Source: an uncultured Solirubrobacterales bacterium (GTDB taxonomy: Bacteria; Actinomycetota; Thermoleophilia; Solirubrobacterales; 70-9). Taken from it: a stretch of DNA of 64,000 bases. Numbering within the stretch: the first letter of the stretch is position 1; every line of letters begins with the position of its first letter. Position numbers and translations under genes: made by a program. The notes under the pieces were generated by a model that did no database searches, was not told where the DNA came from, and was given only the letters and a program-made list of their open reading frames with translations. The DNA lies in assembly GCA_963821345.1 (NCBI GenBank), contig CAWGDM010000003.1, forward strand, positions 39,690 through 103,689. The letters are read 5' to 3'. Below, piece by piece: positions 45,241 to 54,272 of the stretch.

Positions 45241-47136
45241 CTACGGGGTGATCTTGGTCGCCGTCGCGTCGGCCTCGCTGACGGCCCAGACCGCGTCGGT
45301 CGCCAGCGAGACATCCGCCGGGTCGTTGCCGACCTCGACCGGGCCGCCGGCCGGCTCGCCGTTGGCCGGATCGATTCGCGCCACCGAGCCCTCGCCGCCG
45401 AGCGCCACCCACACGTAGCCGAGCCCCGCCTTGATCCCGCGCGGCAGATCGCCGACCTCGATCGGATGACCCTGGACGTCGCCGGTCGCCGGGTCGATCT
45501 CGTAGACGGTCCCATTCAGGTTGGAGGTCACCCAGACCGAGCCCTCGCCGACCGCGATGTCGTTGGGAAGCTCGCCGACCGCGATCGAGCTGCCGACCCG
45601 CTCGGGACCGTCTGGGTCGATCCGCGAGACCGAGGCGGCACGGATGTTGGTCACCCAGACGTTGCCGTCGCCAGTCGCCAGGGCCCGCGGCTCGGTGCCC
45701 AGCGGCACGTTACCCGCGGACACGTTGGCGTCGGGGTTGATCCGGACGACGCTCTGGGTGCCGGCCTCGGCGACCCAGACCCAGTGCTCGTCGACGGCGA
45801 CGTCGGTGGGGTCGGCGCCGTCTCCGAGCGGGATCTCGCGCGGCTCGACGCCCTCGATCGGGTCGAGGCGATAGAGCGCGTCGGCGCGCTTGCTGATCGC
45901 CCAGACCGAGCCGAAGCCGACCGCGAGCGAGACCGGCGCCGGGACCGCGACCTCGAACGCGACCTGGTTGGTGACCTGGTCGATCGCGTCGACCTCGTCG
46001 CCGTCGCGGGAGGCGACCCAGACGCGCTCCGGGCCGACGGCGATCGCGGTCGGCCCCCTGCCGACGGCGATCGGTGCCCCGGCGGTCAGCGGCGGGGCCT
46101 GCTCGTCGCCGCCACCGCCGAGCAGCGCGATGGCGACCGCGGCCAGGGCGCCGACCAGCACCAGGCCCGCGAGCGCCCACGGCCAGCGGCGGCGCCCGGA
46201 CGGCGGGGGCGGGACCGGCTCGGCATCGACGGTGCTGGGTGGGGGCGCGGCAGCGGGAACGCCGAGCGGCAGCGTCCGCTCGCCGTCGAGGACCGCGTCG
46301 AGCGCGCGTCCGAGCTCCCCGGCGCTCTGGAAGCGCTGCTCGGGGTCGACCGCCATCGCGCGCGCGACCAGCGGGTCGAACCGCATCGAGAGCTCGGGCC
46401 GCACGTCAGAGGGCCGCGGCCGTGGGGCATTCGCGTGCGCGAACAGGGTCGCGAGCTCGTTGTCGCGCGGGAACGGCGCGCTGCCGGTGAGCGTGTAGAA
46501 GAGGACCGCGCCGAGCGCGTAGATGTCGGCCCGGTGGTCGACGGCGTCGCCGGCGATCTGCTCCGGGGCGACGAAGTCCGCGGTCCCGACCAGCTCCCCG
46601 GTGCCGGTCACGGTCTGCCCACCGCTGGTCGTGCGGCTGATCCCGAAGTCGGTCAAGTACACGCGTCCCTCGTCCTCGCCGCCGCCGACGAGCACGTTGG
46701 CGGGCTTCACGTCGCGATGGATGAGGCCGGCCGCATGCGCCGCGTCGAGCCCGCCGGCGACCGCGCCGACGACTCCGGCGGCCTCGGTCGGCTCGAGCGG
46801 ACCGTCGACGACGACCTGCTGGCGCAGGTCGCGGCCCTCTACCAGCCGCATCGCCAGGAACAGGTGACCGTCCTCCTCGCCCGCCTGGTGGACGGGGATC
46901 ACGTTCGGGTGCTCGATCGAGGCGGCCAGGCGCGACTCGCGCCGGAAGCGCTCGCGAAAGCGGGCGTCGGCCGACAGCCCGGGGGCGAGCACCTTGAGCG
47001 CGCGCAGCCGATCGAGCGCGAGGTTGCGGGCCCGGTAGACGACCCCCATGCCGCCCTCGCCGATCACCGCCTCGATCCGGTGCCCGGCGAATTCGGCGCC
47101 GATCGCCGGGCCGGCGGACCCGCTGCCGTCTGCCAT
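45241..47136 (-). CDS. Ser/Thr protein kinase with one TM segment and an extracellular beta-propeller-like repeat domain
   Basis: GEGGMGVVY, HRDVKPANVLV, DFGISR, APEQ. TM WPWALAGLVLVGALAAVAIALL. About 7 repeats centred on (S/N)VWV motifs. Its start overlaps the upstream stop (TGATG). Confidence 0.9.
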   Translation of the reverse strand: MADGSGSAGPAIGAEFAGHRIEAVIGEGGMGVVYRARNLALDRLRALKVLAPGLSADARFRERFRRESRLAASIEHPNVIPVHQAGEEDGHLFLAMRLVEGRDLRQQVVVDGPLEPTEAAGVVGAVAGGLDAAHAAGLIHRDVKPANVLVGGGEDEGRVYLTDFGISRTTSGGQTVTGTGELVGTADFVAPEQIAGDAVDHRADIYALGAVLFYTLTGSAPFPRDNELATLFAHANAPRPRPSDVRPELSMRFDPLVARAMAVDPEQRFQSAGELGRALDAVLDGERTLPLGVPAAAPPPSTVDAEPVPPPPSGRRRWPWALAGLVLVGALAAVAIALLGGGGDEQAPPLTAGAPIAVGRGPTAIAVGPERVWVASRDGDEVDAIDQVTNQVAFEVAVPAPVSLAVGFGSVWAISKRADALYRLDPIEGVEPREIPLGDGADPTDVAVDEHWVWVAEAGTQSVVRINPDANVSAGNVPLGTEPRALATGDGNVWVTNIRAASVSRIDPDGPERVGSSIAVGELPNDIAVGEGSVWVTSNLNGTVYEIDPATGDVQGHPIEVGDLPRGIKAGLGYVWVALGGEGSVARIDPANGEPAGGPVEVGNDPADVSLATDAVWAVSEADATATKITP

Positions 47137-47819
47137 CAGTCGCCGAGGTCGCGGACCGAGATCACACCGTTTCGCAACGCCAGCTCGACCAGCCGCACGC
47201 GCTTTTGGTTCTGCGGCAGGGCGCCGATCCCGAACTTCTCGAACAGCGCCCGCATGTGGCCCTTGACGGCGTCGACCGAGAGGAAGACCTCGTCGGCGAC
47301 CTGTTGGTTGGTCGCCGGCGTCGCGTACTGGCTGCCATCGCGAAACGGCCTGCAGAGCGCGACCAGGATGCGGCGCTGGGTATCGCTCAGCTGCGGCAGC
47401 TCGGCCTTCTCGGGCGCGGCGGCCGTCGCCGAGCTCGCCGAGCGTTCCGGCGCGCGGAAGACGACCACCGTCGCCCCGAAGCGCAGCTCGTCGGCGTCGG
47501 CGAGCCGGCGCCGGCCGCCGACCCGGTCGCCGTTCAGGAACGAGCCGTTGCGCGAGAGCCCGTCGTCGGACACCGTCCACTCGCCACCGATCCGCTCGAT
47601 CTCGGCGTGCAGGCGCGAGACCTGCTCGTCGGCCTCCAGGGCGATGTCGACCTCGGGCCCGCGGCCGACGGTGACCCGCTCGCGCCCCTGCTCCAGCGAC
47701 AGGATCCGCTGGCCGTCCGGATCGCGCCAGAGCAGGAACGGCAGCCCGCGACGCTCGGCTTCGAGTCGCTGCGCGAGTTCAGCCGGGGTGGCCGAGTGGG
47801 CTGCGGCCGGACTCTCCAT
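47136..47819 (-). CDS. FHA domain + LuxR/GerE-type HTH regulator
   Basis: FHA: VTVGRGPEVDIAL..QVSRLHAEIER..WTVSDDGLSRNGSFLNG. C-terminal LSDTQRRIL...NQQVADEVFLSVDAVKGHMRALFEKFG. Confidence 0.8.
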   Translation of the reverse strand: MESPAAAHSATPAELAQRLEAERRGLPFLLWRDPDGQRILSLEQGRERVTVGRGPEVDIALEADEQVSRLHAEIERIGGEWTVSDDGLSRNGSFLNGDRVGGRRRLADADELRFGATVVVFRAPERSASSATAAAPEKAELPQLSDTQRRILVALCRPFRDGSQYATPATNQQVADEVFLSVDAVKGHMRALFEKFGIGALPQNQKRVRLVELALRNGVISVRDLGD

Positions 47820-47990
47820 TGCGAGGCAACTTAGCCCTTCCCGCGGCCACGTTCACCCCTAGGTGGCGGAACCCGACACCTCGGTGCGCGCTGCTCACAC
47901 CCAGTGCCCCTGGGAGCGGCGCCGCGCGGCGCCGAAGCTGGGACGGCAACGAGATCGACCCGCCGGCGCGGCGGGCGAAAGGAGTTAGCG

Positions 47991-49202
47991 ATGACCAGGA
48001 TCAACCATGCGTACACGCGGTTCACGATCGCCTTTGCGGCGGCGCTCGCCGTCGTCGTGGCCCTCGCCGGGGCGGCCCCCGCGGGCGCCGCCTCGCCGAA
48101 GTGCTTCGGCAAGAAGCCGACGATCGCCAGCAAGAAGAAGGAGACCGTCAAGGGGACGGCCAAGGCCGACGTGATCTACGTCGACGGCAAGTACCACGAG
48201 GTTCGCGCCGGGTCGGGCAACGACCTGATCTGCGTCGCCACGGGGACCCGCAGCGAGATCGACGCCGACGAGGGCAACGACCGCGTTCGCGGCGGTTCCA
48301 CCTACGACGAGATCGACGGCGGCGCCGGCGATGACGAGATCGACGGTGGCGACGGCCGCAACTACGTCGACGGCGGGGTCGGCGACGACACCCTGACCGG
48401 TGGCGACGACCGCGACTCGCTCGACGGCGACGACGGCAACGACCAGCTCGACGGGGCCGGGGCGACCGACTACCTCGACGGTGGCGACGATGACGACGCC
48501 GTGGTCGGCGGCGACGACGGCGACAGCCTCGACGGCGGCGAGGGCAACGACACCGTCGACGGCGGCCCAGGGGCCGACGAGATCGACGCCGGCAAGGGAG
48601 CCGACGAGATCGCCGGCGGTGACGATCGGGACCGCGTCGACGCCGGCGACGGCGACGACCAGGTCGACGGAGGCAAGGGCAACGACCAGCTCTCCGACGG
48701 CGGGGGCAGCGATGCCGTCGACGGCGGCGAGGGCAGCGACTCGCTGGTCGCCAGCTACGACTCGACCGGCGGTGACGTGTTCGCCGGCGGCGAGGGCAGC
48801 GACGAGGTCAGCTACGAGCTGTACGAGTCCTCGGCGCGGGTGACGCTCGACGACGTCGCCAACGACGGGCGCAACTGCCCGCAGCAGTGCGAGGGCGACA
48901 ACGTCACCGCGAGCGTCGAGGGCATCCTCGGGACGCCGTTCGAGGACACCCTGATCGGCAACGCGATCTCGAACACGATCGACGGCGGCCAGGGCAGCGA
49001 CGTGATCGACGGAGCCGAAGGTGGCGACATCCTCCGTGGCGACGTCGGCACCGACGCGGTCTCGGGCGGGGTCGGCGACGACTCGCTCAGCGGCGGCGGG
49101 GGCGACGATGCCCTCGACGGCGGCAGCGAGACCGACGAGTGCCGCGGCGACCAGGGGGTTGACACCGGCGTCAACTGCGAGACGCAGGTCGCGATTCCCT
49201 GA
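47991..49202 (+). CDS. Secreted RTX-like Ca-binding repeat protein (third paralog)
   Basis: AAAGGAG RBS. Signal peptide ...PAGAASPKCFGKKP. More than 15 GGxGxD / GxDxLDGG repeats. Confidence 0.8.
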   Translation: MTRINHAYTRFTIAFAAALAVVVALAGAAPAGAASPKCFGKKPTIASKKKETVKGTAKADVIYVDGKYHEVRAGSGNDLICVATGTRSEIDADEGNDRVRGGSTYDEIDGGAGDDEIDGGDGRNYVDGGVGDDTLTGGDDRDSLDGDDGNDQLDGAGATDYLDGGDDDDAVVGGDDGDSLDGGEGNDTVDGGPGADEIDAGKGADEIAGGDDRDRVDAGDGDDQVDGGKGNDQLSDGGGSDAVDGGEGSDSLVASYDSTGGDVFAGGEGSDEVSYELYESSARVTLDDVANDGRNCPQQCEGDNVTASVEGILGTPFEDTLIGNAISNTIDGGQGSDVIDGAEGGDILRGDVGTDAVSGGVGDDSLSGGGGDDALDGGSETDECRGDQGVDTGVNCETQVAIP

Positions 49203-49254
49203 ACAAATCGCGCCACCTCCTCGGCTTCGCCTCCGGGGGTGCGCGGCAGTGGCA

Positions 49255-49288
49255 GGACGGGGCCGGGCTTCTGGGCCCGGCCCCGTCC
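49255..49288. terminator. Hairpin between convergent genes
   Basis: GGACGGGGCCGGGC-6nt-GCCCGGCCCCGTCC, a 14-bp stem with no U tract. Confidence 0.45.
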
Positions 49289-49290
49289 GC

Positions 49291-49737
49291 CTAACGCTCA
49301 GCCAGGACCCGCTCGAGGTTGTCGAAGCAGAGGTTCCAGCCCTGCTCGTGATCGCGCACGGCCTCCTCGTTCCAAAGGTTCTCGTGCCTGAAGCGGACGT
49401 TGGTCGTCCCGCCCGACTCCTCGAAGTCGATCACGATCAGCTGCTCGACCTGGTCGCGGTCGTCGTCCCAGATCCAGGTGAACGCGAGCCGCGAGGGCGG
49501 GTCGATCTCCGTGTAGACCCCGCCACCGCCGTAGTCGACCTCGCGGTGGGGGTTTCGCATCAGCACCCGGACCTCGCCTCCGATCCGCAGGTCGACGCTC
49601 GCCTCCGGCGTCTGCCAATCGGACCCGGCGTGCCACCAACGCCGCATCACCTCCTCGCTCGTGAACGCCTCGAACACCCGCTGCGCGGGAGCGTCGTAGG
49701 TGCGCTCGATCGTCAGCGTCGGCCGGGCGCCGCTCAT
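49291..49737 (-). CDS. SRPBCC/AHSA1 (Aha1-like) domain protein
   Basis: LTIERTYDAPAQRVFEAFTSEEVMRRWW...GWNLCFDNLERVL. Confidence 0.8.
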   Translation of the reverse strand: MSGARPTLTIERTYDAPAQRVFEAFTSEEVMRRWWHAGSDWQTPEASVDLRIGGEVRVLMRNPHREVDYGGGGVYTEIDPPSRLAFTWIWDDDRDQVEQLIVIDFEESGGTTNVRFRHENLWNEEAVRDHEQGWNLCFDNLERVLAER

Positions 49738-49856
49738 CGGGCCGCCTTGCGCCGCAGGAGGACCGCCAGGCAGAGGCGGGCGACGACCAGCATCGCGCCG
49801 CTGCCGGCGAGCGGGGCGAGCTCCTCGACCGGCACGCCGGAGACGTGGGCGATCAC
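49734..49856 (-). CDS. Unannotated 40-aa ORF with a C-terminal TM helix, translationally coupled on both sides
   Basis: GTG 49856 overlaps the DUF899 stop (GTGA). Its own TGA overlaps the SRPBCC ATG (ATGA). (M)IAHVSGVPVEELAPLAGSGAMLVVARLCLAVLLRRKAAR. 39 of 40 third positions are G/C. Confidence 0.4.
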   Translation of the reverse strand: MIAHVSGVPVEELAPLAGSGAMLVVARLCLAVLLRRKAAR

Positions 49857-50545
49857 GCCGCGTCTCCGTAGGCGTCGTTGTAGTTCCACCACTGATAGGG
49901 GTCCGTCTGGGGATATCCCTCGGGTGAGTCCTCCCACTTCTCCTGGCGTCCGAGCGCGGTGATGTCGAGGTAGCTCCAGGTGGTGCCGAGCTGCTCGTCC
50001 CCACGAGCGTCGATGAAGTACGTGCGGAAGATCCGGTCGTCGTCGCGGATGAACGCGTTGTGCCCGTGCCACTCGTCGACCCCGAAGTCCTTGTCGAAGT
50101 CATCGGTGACCGTGTACCAGGGAATGTGCTCCCACCCGTGGCGTTGCTTCAGGCCCTGGATCTCGGCCTGTGGGGCGCGCGAGACGTAGGCCAGCGTCGT
50201 GTCGCGCGCGTTCAGGTGCGCCGGGTTGGCGACCTGGTCAGCGCCGAACGAGCAGCCGACGCAGCCTCGCCGCGGGTAGGAGCCGCCCTCGGCATAGGTG
50301 GTGACCTCCGGCCCGTAGAAGGCGCGATAGACGATCAGCTGGCGCCGGCCCTCGAACGCGTCGGCCAGGCTCAGCGGTCCGTCGGGACCCTCGAACCGGT
50401 ACTCCTTCTCGACGGCCATCCACGGCATCCGCCGGCGCTCGGCGGCCAGAGCGTCGCGCGCCCGGGTCACCTCCTTCTCCTTGACCAGCAGCTGCTCGCG
50501 CGCGCTGGCCCACTCCTGGGGCGAGACGATCGGGGGTGTGTTCAT
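49853..50545 (-). CDS. DUF899 (thioredoxin-like) domain protein
   Basis: MNTPPIVSPQEWASAREQLLVKEKE.TRARDAL...CVGCSF...WYTV. ATGA overlap with arsR. Confidence 0.85.
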   Translation of the reverse strand: MNTPPIVSPQEWASAREQLLVKEKEVTRARDALAAERRRMPWMAVEKEYRFEGPDGPLSLADAFEGRRQLIVYRAFYGPEVTTYAEGGSYPRRGCVGCSFGADQVANPAHLNARDTTLAYVSRAPQAEIQGLKQRHGWEHIPWYTVTDDFDKDFGVDEWHGHNAFIRDDDRIFRTYFIDARGDEQLGTTWSYLDITALGRQEKWEDSPEGYPQTDPYQWWNYNDAYGDAA

Positions 50546-50856
50546 TTCGGGTCCTCCTTCAGGTAGTCGTCGACGACGTCGAAGAGGCGCTCCCAGCGGG
50601 AGCGCTGCTCGTCCATCCACTCTGCGGCGCCGGTCAGCACGCTCGGGTCGAGCGACAGCCGGTGCGTGCGACCCTCGATTACCCGGGTGACGACCCCTGA
50701 CTCCTCGAGCACCTTCAGGTGCTTGGAGATCGCCGGCTTCGAGACCCCGAAGCCTCCGGTCGCCTCGCCGACGCTGGCCGAGCCATCGGCCAGCCGCTCG
50801 ACGATCCCGCGGCGGATCGGGTGGGCGAGCGCCTTGAACGCGTTATCGCGAGTCAT
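50542..50856 (-). CDS. ArsR/SmtB family transcriptional regulator
   Basis: FKALAHPIRRGIVERL......VGE......SKPAISKHLKVLEESGVV. Confidence 0.85.
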   Translation of the reverse strand: MTRDNAFKALAHPIRRGIVERLADGSASVGEATGGFGVSKPAISKHLKVLEESGVVTRVIEGRTHRLSLDPSVLTGAAEWMDEQRSRWERLFDVVDDYLKEDPK

Positions 50857-50909
50857 TGTTAACCATCTAGTAAACAGTAGCACGCCGCCCCGAGCCGTAC
50901 CCTGCGCCG

Positions 50910-51365
50910 ATGGCGACCACCGAATCGGTTCTGGTCGGCGCTTCGCTGAAGGAGGCCTGGGACTACTACTTCGAGCCCAGTGGCTGGCCCGCCTGGGTGG
51001 ACGGGTTCGCGCGGGTCGAGTCCGCCGAGGGCTATCCGCAGATGGACGGCGCGCTGGTCTGGAGCTCGGTCCCGGCCGGCCGCGGCAAGGTCGCCGAGAA
51101 GGTGCTCGCCCACGAGCCGCGGACCCTGCACCGGGTCGAGTACTCCGACCCCGAGTCGGGCGGCGAGCTGACCACCCGGTTCGCGGTCGAGGGCGGCGGC
51201 ACGAGGGTGACCCTGGAGCTCGACTACCGGCTGGCGACCGGCGGCCCGTTCTCCTGGCTCACCGACCGGATCTTCGTCCGCGGGCAGATGCGCGCCTCGC
51301 TGCGGCGGTCGCTGGCGCGCTTTCGGCTCGAGGTCGAAGATCTCGTCGATCATCAAGATGAGTGA
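50910..51365 (+). CDS. SRPBCC (START/polyketide-cyclase-like) family protein
   Basis: 151 aa with the typical WDYYFEPSGWPAWVDGF N-terminus. Divergent from arsR. Confidence 0.7.
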   Translation: MATTESVLVGASLKEAWDYYFEPSGWPAWVDGFARVESAEGYPQMDGALVWSSVPAGRGKVAEKVLAHEPRTLHRVEYSDPESGGELTTRFAVEGGGTRVTLELDYRLATGGPFSWLTDRIFVRGQMRASLRRSLARFRLEVEDLVDHQDE

Positions 51366-51475
51366 CCCCACTCCATCGCACCCGCGGGTGACCCGCGTGC
51401 ACACTGGTGCAGGGTCAATCATCTAGCCTCTCGCCGGCTCTTACCTATCCCGAAGCTCGGAGGATCTGAAACCGA

Positions 51476-53476
51476 ATGTTCGTCTCCAAGGCCGCCGTCG
51501 TCGGCGCCGGCACGATGGGCGGCGAGATCGCGCAGGCGATCGCCTCGTCCGACATCCCCGTCGTCCTCAAGGACATCGACCAGAAGTTCGTCGACCACGG
51601 CCTCGACAAGGCCCGCGAGGTGACCAAGGGTCAGCTCGACCGGCTGGTCTCGAAGGAGAAGCTCACCCAGGAGCAGGCCTCAGCGAGGCTCGAGGAGGTA
51701 ATGGGCCTGATCGAGGGCACGACCACCTACGACTCGTTCGGCGACGTCGACTTCGTGATCGAGGCGGCCCCGGAGAAGCTGGAGATCAAGCGGGCCGTCT
51801 ACTCCGAGCTCGACGCGGTCACACCCGGCAGCGCGATCCTCGCCTCGAACACCTCGTCGCTGTCGATCACCGAGATGGGCGACGCGACGCTGCGGCCCGA
51901 GAAGGTCGTCGGTTTCCACTTCTTCTACCCGGCATCGGTGATGCCGCTGGTCGAGATCATCGAGGGCGAGGACACCGATCCCGAGGTCGTCCAGGCCGCC
52001 TACAACTTCGCCCAGGCGATCCGCAAGCAGCCGATCACGTGCCGCGAGGTGCCGGGGTTCGTCGTCAATCGGATCCTCAACTCGGCGGTCGGCGAGATCT
52101 GGCGGGCCCAGGAGGAGCAGGGCCTGTCGATCAAGAGGATCGACGAGGCGATCACGGCTGCCAACGTCGCGCCGATGGGACCGTTCTTCCTCGGCGACCT
52201 GCTCGGGCTCGACACGATCTTCCACGTCGCCGAGCACCTGCGCGAGTCCTACGGCGACTCGTTCTACGTCCACGAGGGGATGCGCAAGCTGGTCGCCGAC
52301 GGCAAGCTCGGCGCGAAGACCGGCGGCAGCGGCTTCTACGAGAACGGTGAGCCGCAGGTGGACGGCGATGCCGAACCCGACGGCGAGGCGCTCGCCGAGC
52401 TGCTGAAGCTGAAGGCGGTGGTCGAGTCCTGCCTCGTACTCCAGGAGGGCGTCTGCACGGTCCGCGACATCGATCTGGGGATGATGGCCGGGGCCGGGAT
52501 GGATCCGCGCCGGGGGATCTTCCCGCCGTTCATGGGTGCAGACATGCTCGGGCTCGACGTCGTGCTCGAGAAGCTCGAGGCGGCCGAGGCCGAGCACGGC
52601 GAGCGCTTCGCGCCGCCGGTGGTGCTCAAGCGTCTGGTCGCCCAGGGGCGCCTGGGAATGAAGAGCGGCCAGGGCTTCTACGCATATCCGCAGGCCGACG
52701 AGGGCGATCAGACCGACACCGTGAAGCTGGAGACGCGCGGCGACGTCGCGATCGCGTGGCTCGCCAACCCGCCGATGAACGCGATCTCGCCGCAGGTGAT
52801 CAAGGACCTGGGCACGGTCTGGGAGCGGGTCAAGGCCTCGGATGAGATCGGCGCTCTGGTGATCGCCTCCTCGATCCCGGTCGTGTTCTCGGCCGGCGCC
52901 GACATCAAGGCGTTCACGCAGATGGACGAGGGCGGGGGCGAGGACCTGATCCACTCGGGCCACGCGCTGCTGCGCGACATGGGTCTGAGCAGGGTGACGA
53001 CGATCGCGGCCGTCAACTCGCTCGCCTTCGGCGGCGGTTGCGAGCTGGCGATGGCGTGCAACTTCCGGATCGCGGCCGAGTCGGCGGTCTTCGGTCAGCC
53101 GGAGATCAAGCTCGGGATCATCCCCGGCTTCGGAGGCACCCAGCGGCTGCCCCGCCTGGTTGGCAACGAGAAGGCACTGGAGATGAACCTGATCGGCGAA
53201 GCGATCTCGGCCGGCGAGGCCGAGGCGTACGGGCTCGCCAACCGGGTCGTCCCCGACCATGAGTTGTTCGACACCGCGCTCTCCTGGGCGCGGCGCCTCG
53301 CCGGCCAGGCGCCGGTCGCGGTCGAGCAGGTGAAGATCGCCTCCGACGACCCCGACCTCGACGAGGGGATCGAGAACGAGAAGCGGGGCTTCGCGACCGC
53401 GTTCACCAGCGAGGACGCCAGGGAGGGCATCGGCGCCTTCCTCGGCAAGCGCACGCCGAAGTGGCAGGGCAAGTAG
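51476..53476 (+). CDS. Fused 3-hydroxyacyl-CoA dehydrogenase (N-terminal) / enoyl-CoA hydratase (C-terminal)
   Basis: VVGAGTMGGEIA NAD site, SNTSSL, then AGADIK, AFGGGCELAMAC, GQPEIKLGIIPGFGGTQRL. Confidence 0.9.
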   Translation: MFVSKAAVVGAGTMGGEIAQAIASSDIPVVLKDIDQKFVDHGLDKAREVTKGQLDRLVSKEKLTQEQASARLEEVMGLIEGTTTYDSFGDVDFVIEAAPEKLEIKRAVYSELDAVTPGSAILASNTSSLSITEMGDATLRPEKVVGFHFFYPASVMPLVEIIEGEDTDPEVVQAAYNFAQAIRKQPITCREVPGFVVNRILNSAVGEIWRAQEEQGLSIKRIDEAITAANVAPMGPFFLGDLLGLDTIFHVAEHLRESYGDSFYVHEGMRKLVADGKLGAKTGGSGFYENGEPQVDGDAEPDGEALAELLKLKAVVESCLVLQEGVCTVRDIDLGMMAGAGMDPRRGIFPPFMGADMLGLDVVLEKLEAAEAEHGERFAPPVVLKRLVAQGRLGMKSGQGFYAYPQADEGDQTDTVKLETRGDVAIAWLANPPMNAISPQVIKDLGTVWERVKASDEIGALVIASSIPVVFSAGADIKAFTQMDEGGGEDLIHSGHALLRDMGLSRVTTIAAVNSLAFGGGCELAMACNFRIAAESAVFGQPEIKLGIIPGFGGTQRLPRLVGNEKALEMNLIGEAISAGEAEAYGLANRVVPDHELFDTALSWARRLAGQAPVAVEQVKIASDDPDLDEGIENEKRGFATAFTSEDAREGIGAFLGKRTPKWQGK

Positions 53477-53480
53477 CCCT

Positions 53481-53527
53481 GTGAGGCGGAGCGAAGCGGA
53501 GCCGAGCCGCGCCGCCGTTGAGGCGCC
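53481..53527 (+). repeat. GC-rich intergenic repeat, long form (copy 5)
   Basis: GTGAGGCGGAGCGAAGCGGAGCCGAGCCGCGCCGCCGTTGAGGCGCC. Confidence 0.9.
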
Positions 53528-54272
53528 TTGTTCGGAGCGGCAGAACGAACTCGCCTCGCTGATCCGCGAGGCGGACTCGGTCGTCGCGCTCACGGGCGCC
53601 GGGATCTCGGTGCCGTCGGGGATCCCCGACTTCCGCAGCCCGGGCTCCGGGCTGTGGGAGACGGTCGACCCGATGGAGGTCGCGCACATCGACTCCTTCC
53701 ATCGCGACACCAAGCGCTTCTGGAGCTTCTACCGGCCGCGCTTCGCGGAGCTCGACGACAAGCTCCCCAACCCGGCGCACGCGGCGCTCGCCGAGCTCGA
53801 GGAGCGCGGCAACCTGGACGCGATCGTCACCCAGAACATCGACCGCCTGCACTTGAAGGCGGGCTCGGAGAAGGTGATCGAGGTGCACGGCTCGATCGCC
53901 ACCTCCAGCTGCACGACCTGCCGGACCAGCTACCCGCTAGAGAACGTCGGCGAGCTGTTCGACACCGACGGGGTCGCGACCTGCGCCTGCTGCATGGGCA
54001 AGGTGAAGCCCGACGTGGTCCTGTTCGGCGAGCTGCTGCCCGAGGACGCGATCGCGGAGGCGCAGCGGCTGTGCGCCGCCGCCGACCTGCTGCTCTGCGT
54101 CGGCTCGTCGCTCGAGGTCTACCCGGTCGCCGGCCTGCCGGAGCTGACGCTTGGCTCCGGCGGCAAGCTCGCGATCGTCACCAAGGGCCCGACCCCCTAC
54201 GACGGCGAGGCCGCGGTGAAGCTCGACGGCGACGTGGTCGCCGAGCTCGAGGCGGTCGTCGCCGCCCTCTAG
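53481..54272 (+). CDS. NAD-dependent protein deacylase (Sir2 family)
   Basis: TGAGISVPSGIPDFRS, TQNIDRLH, HGS, Zn-ribbon CTTC...CACC. The only canonical in-frame start is GTG 53481, inside the repeat. Confidence 0.8.
   Translation: MRRSEAEPSRAAVEAPCSERQNELASLIREADSVVALTGAGISVPSGIPDFRSPGSGLWETVDPMEVAHIDSFHRDTKRFWSFYRPRFAELDDKLPNPAHAALAELEERGNLDAIVTQNIDRLHLKAGSEKVIEVHGSIATSSCTTCRTSYPLENVGELFDTDGVATCACCMGKVKPDVVLFGELLPEDAIAEAQRLCAAADLLLCVGSSLEVYPVAGLPELTLGSGGKLAIVTKGPTPYDGEAAVKLDGDVVAELEAVVAAL

Noticed and set aside
45241-47580. 779-aa version of the kinase with a 148-aa N-terminal extension.
   Set aside because: The extension is Arg-rich and overlaps the FHA-LuxR gene. MADGSGS at 47136 precedes the kinase glycine loop at a normal distance.
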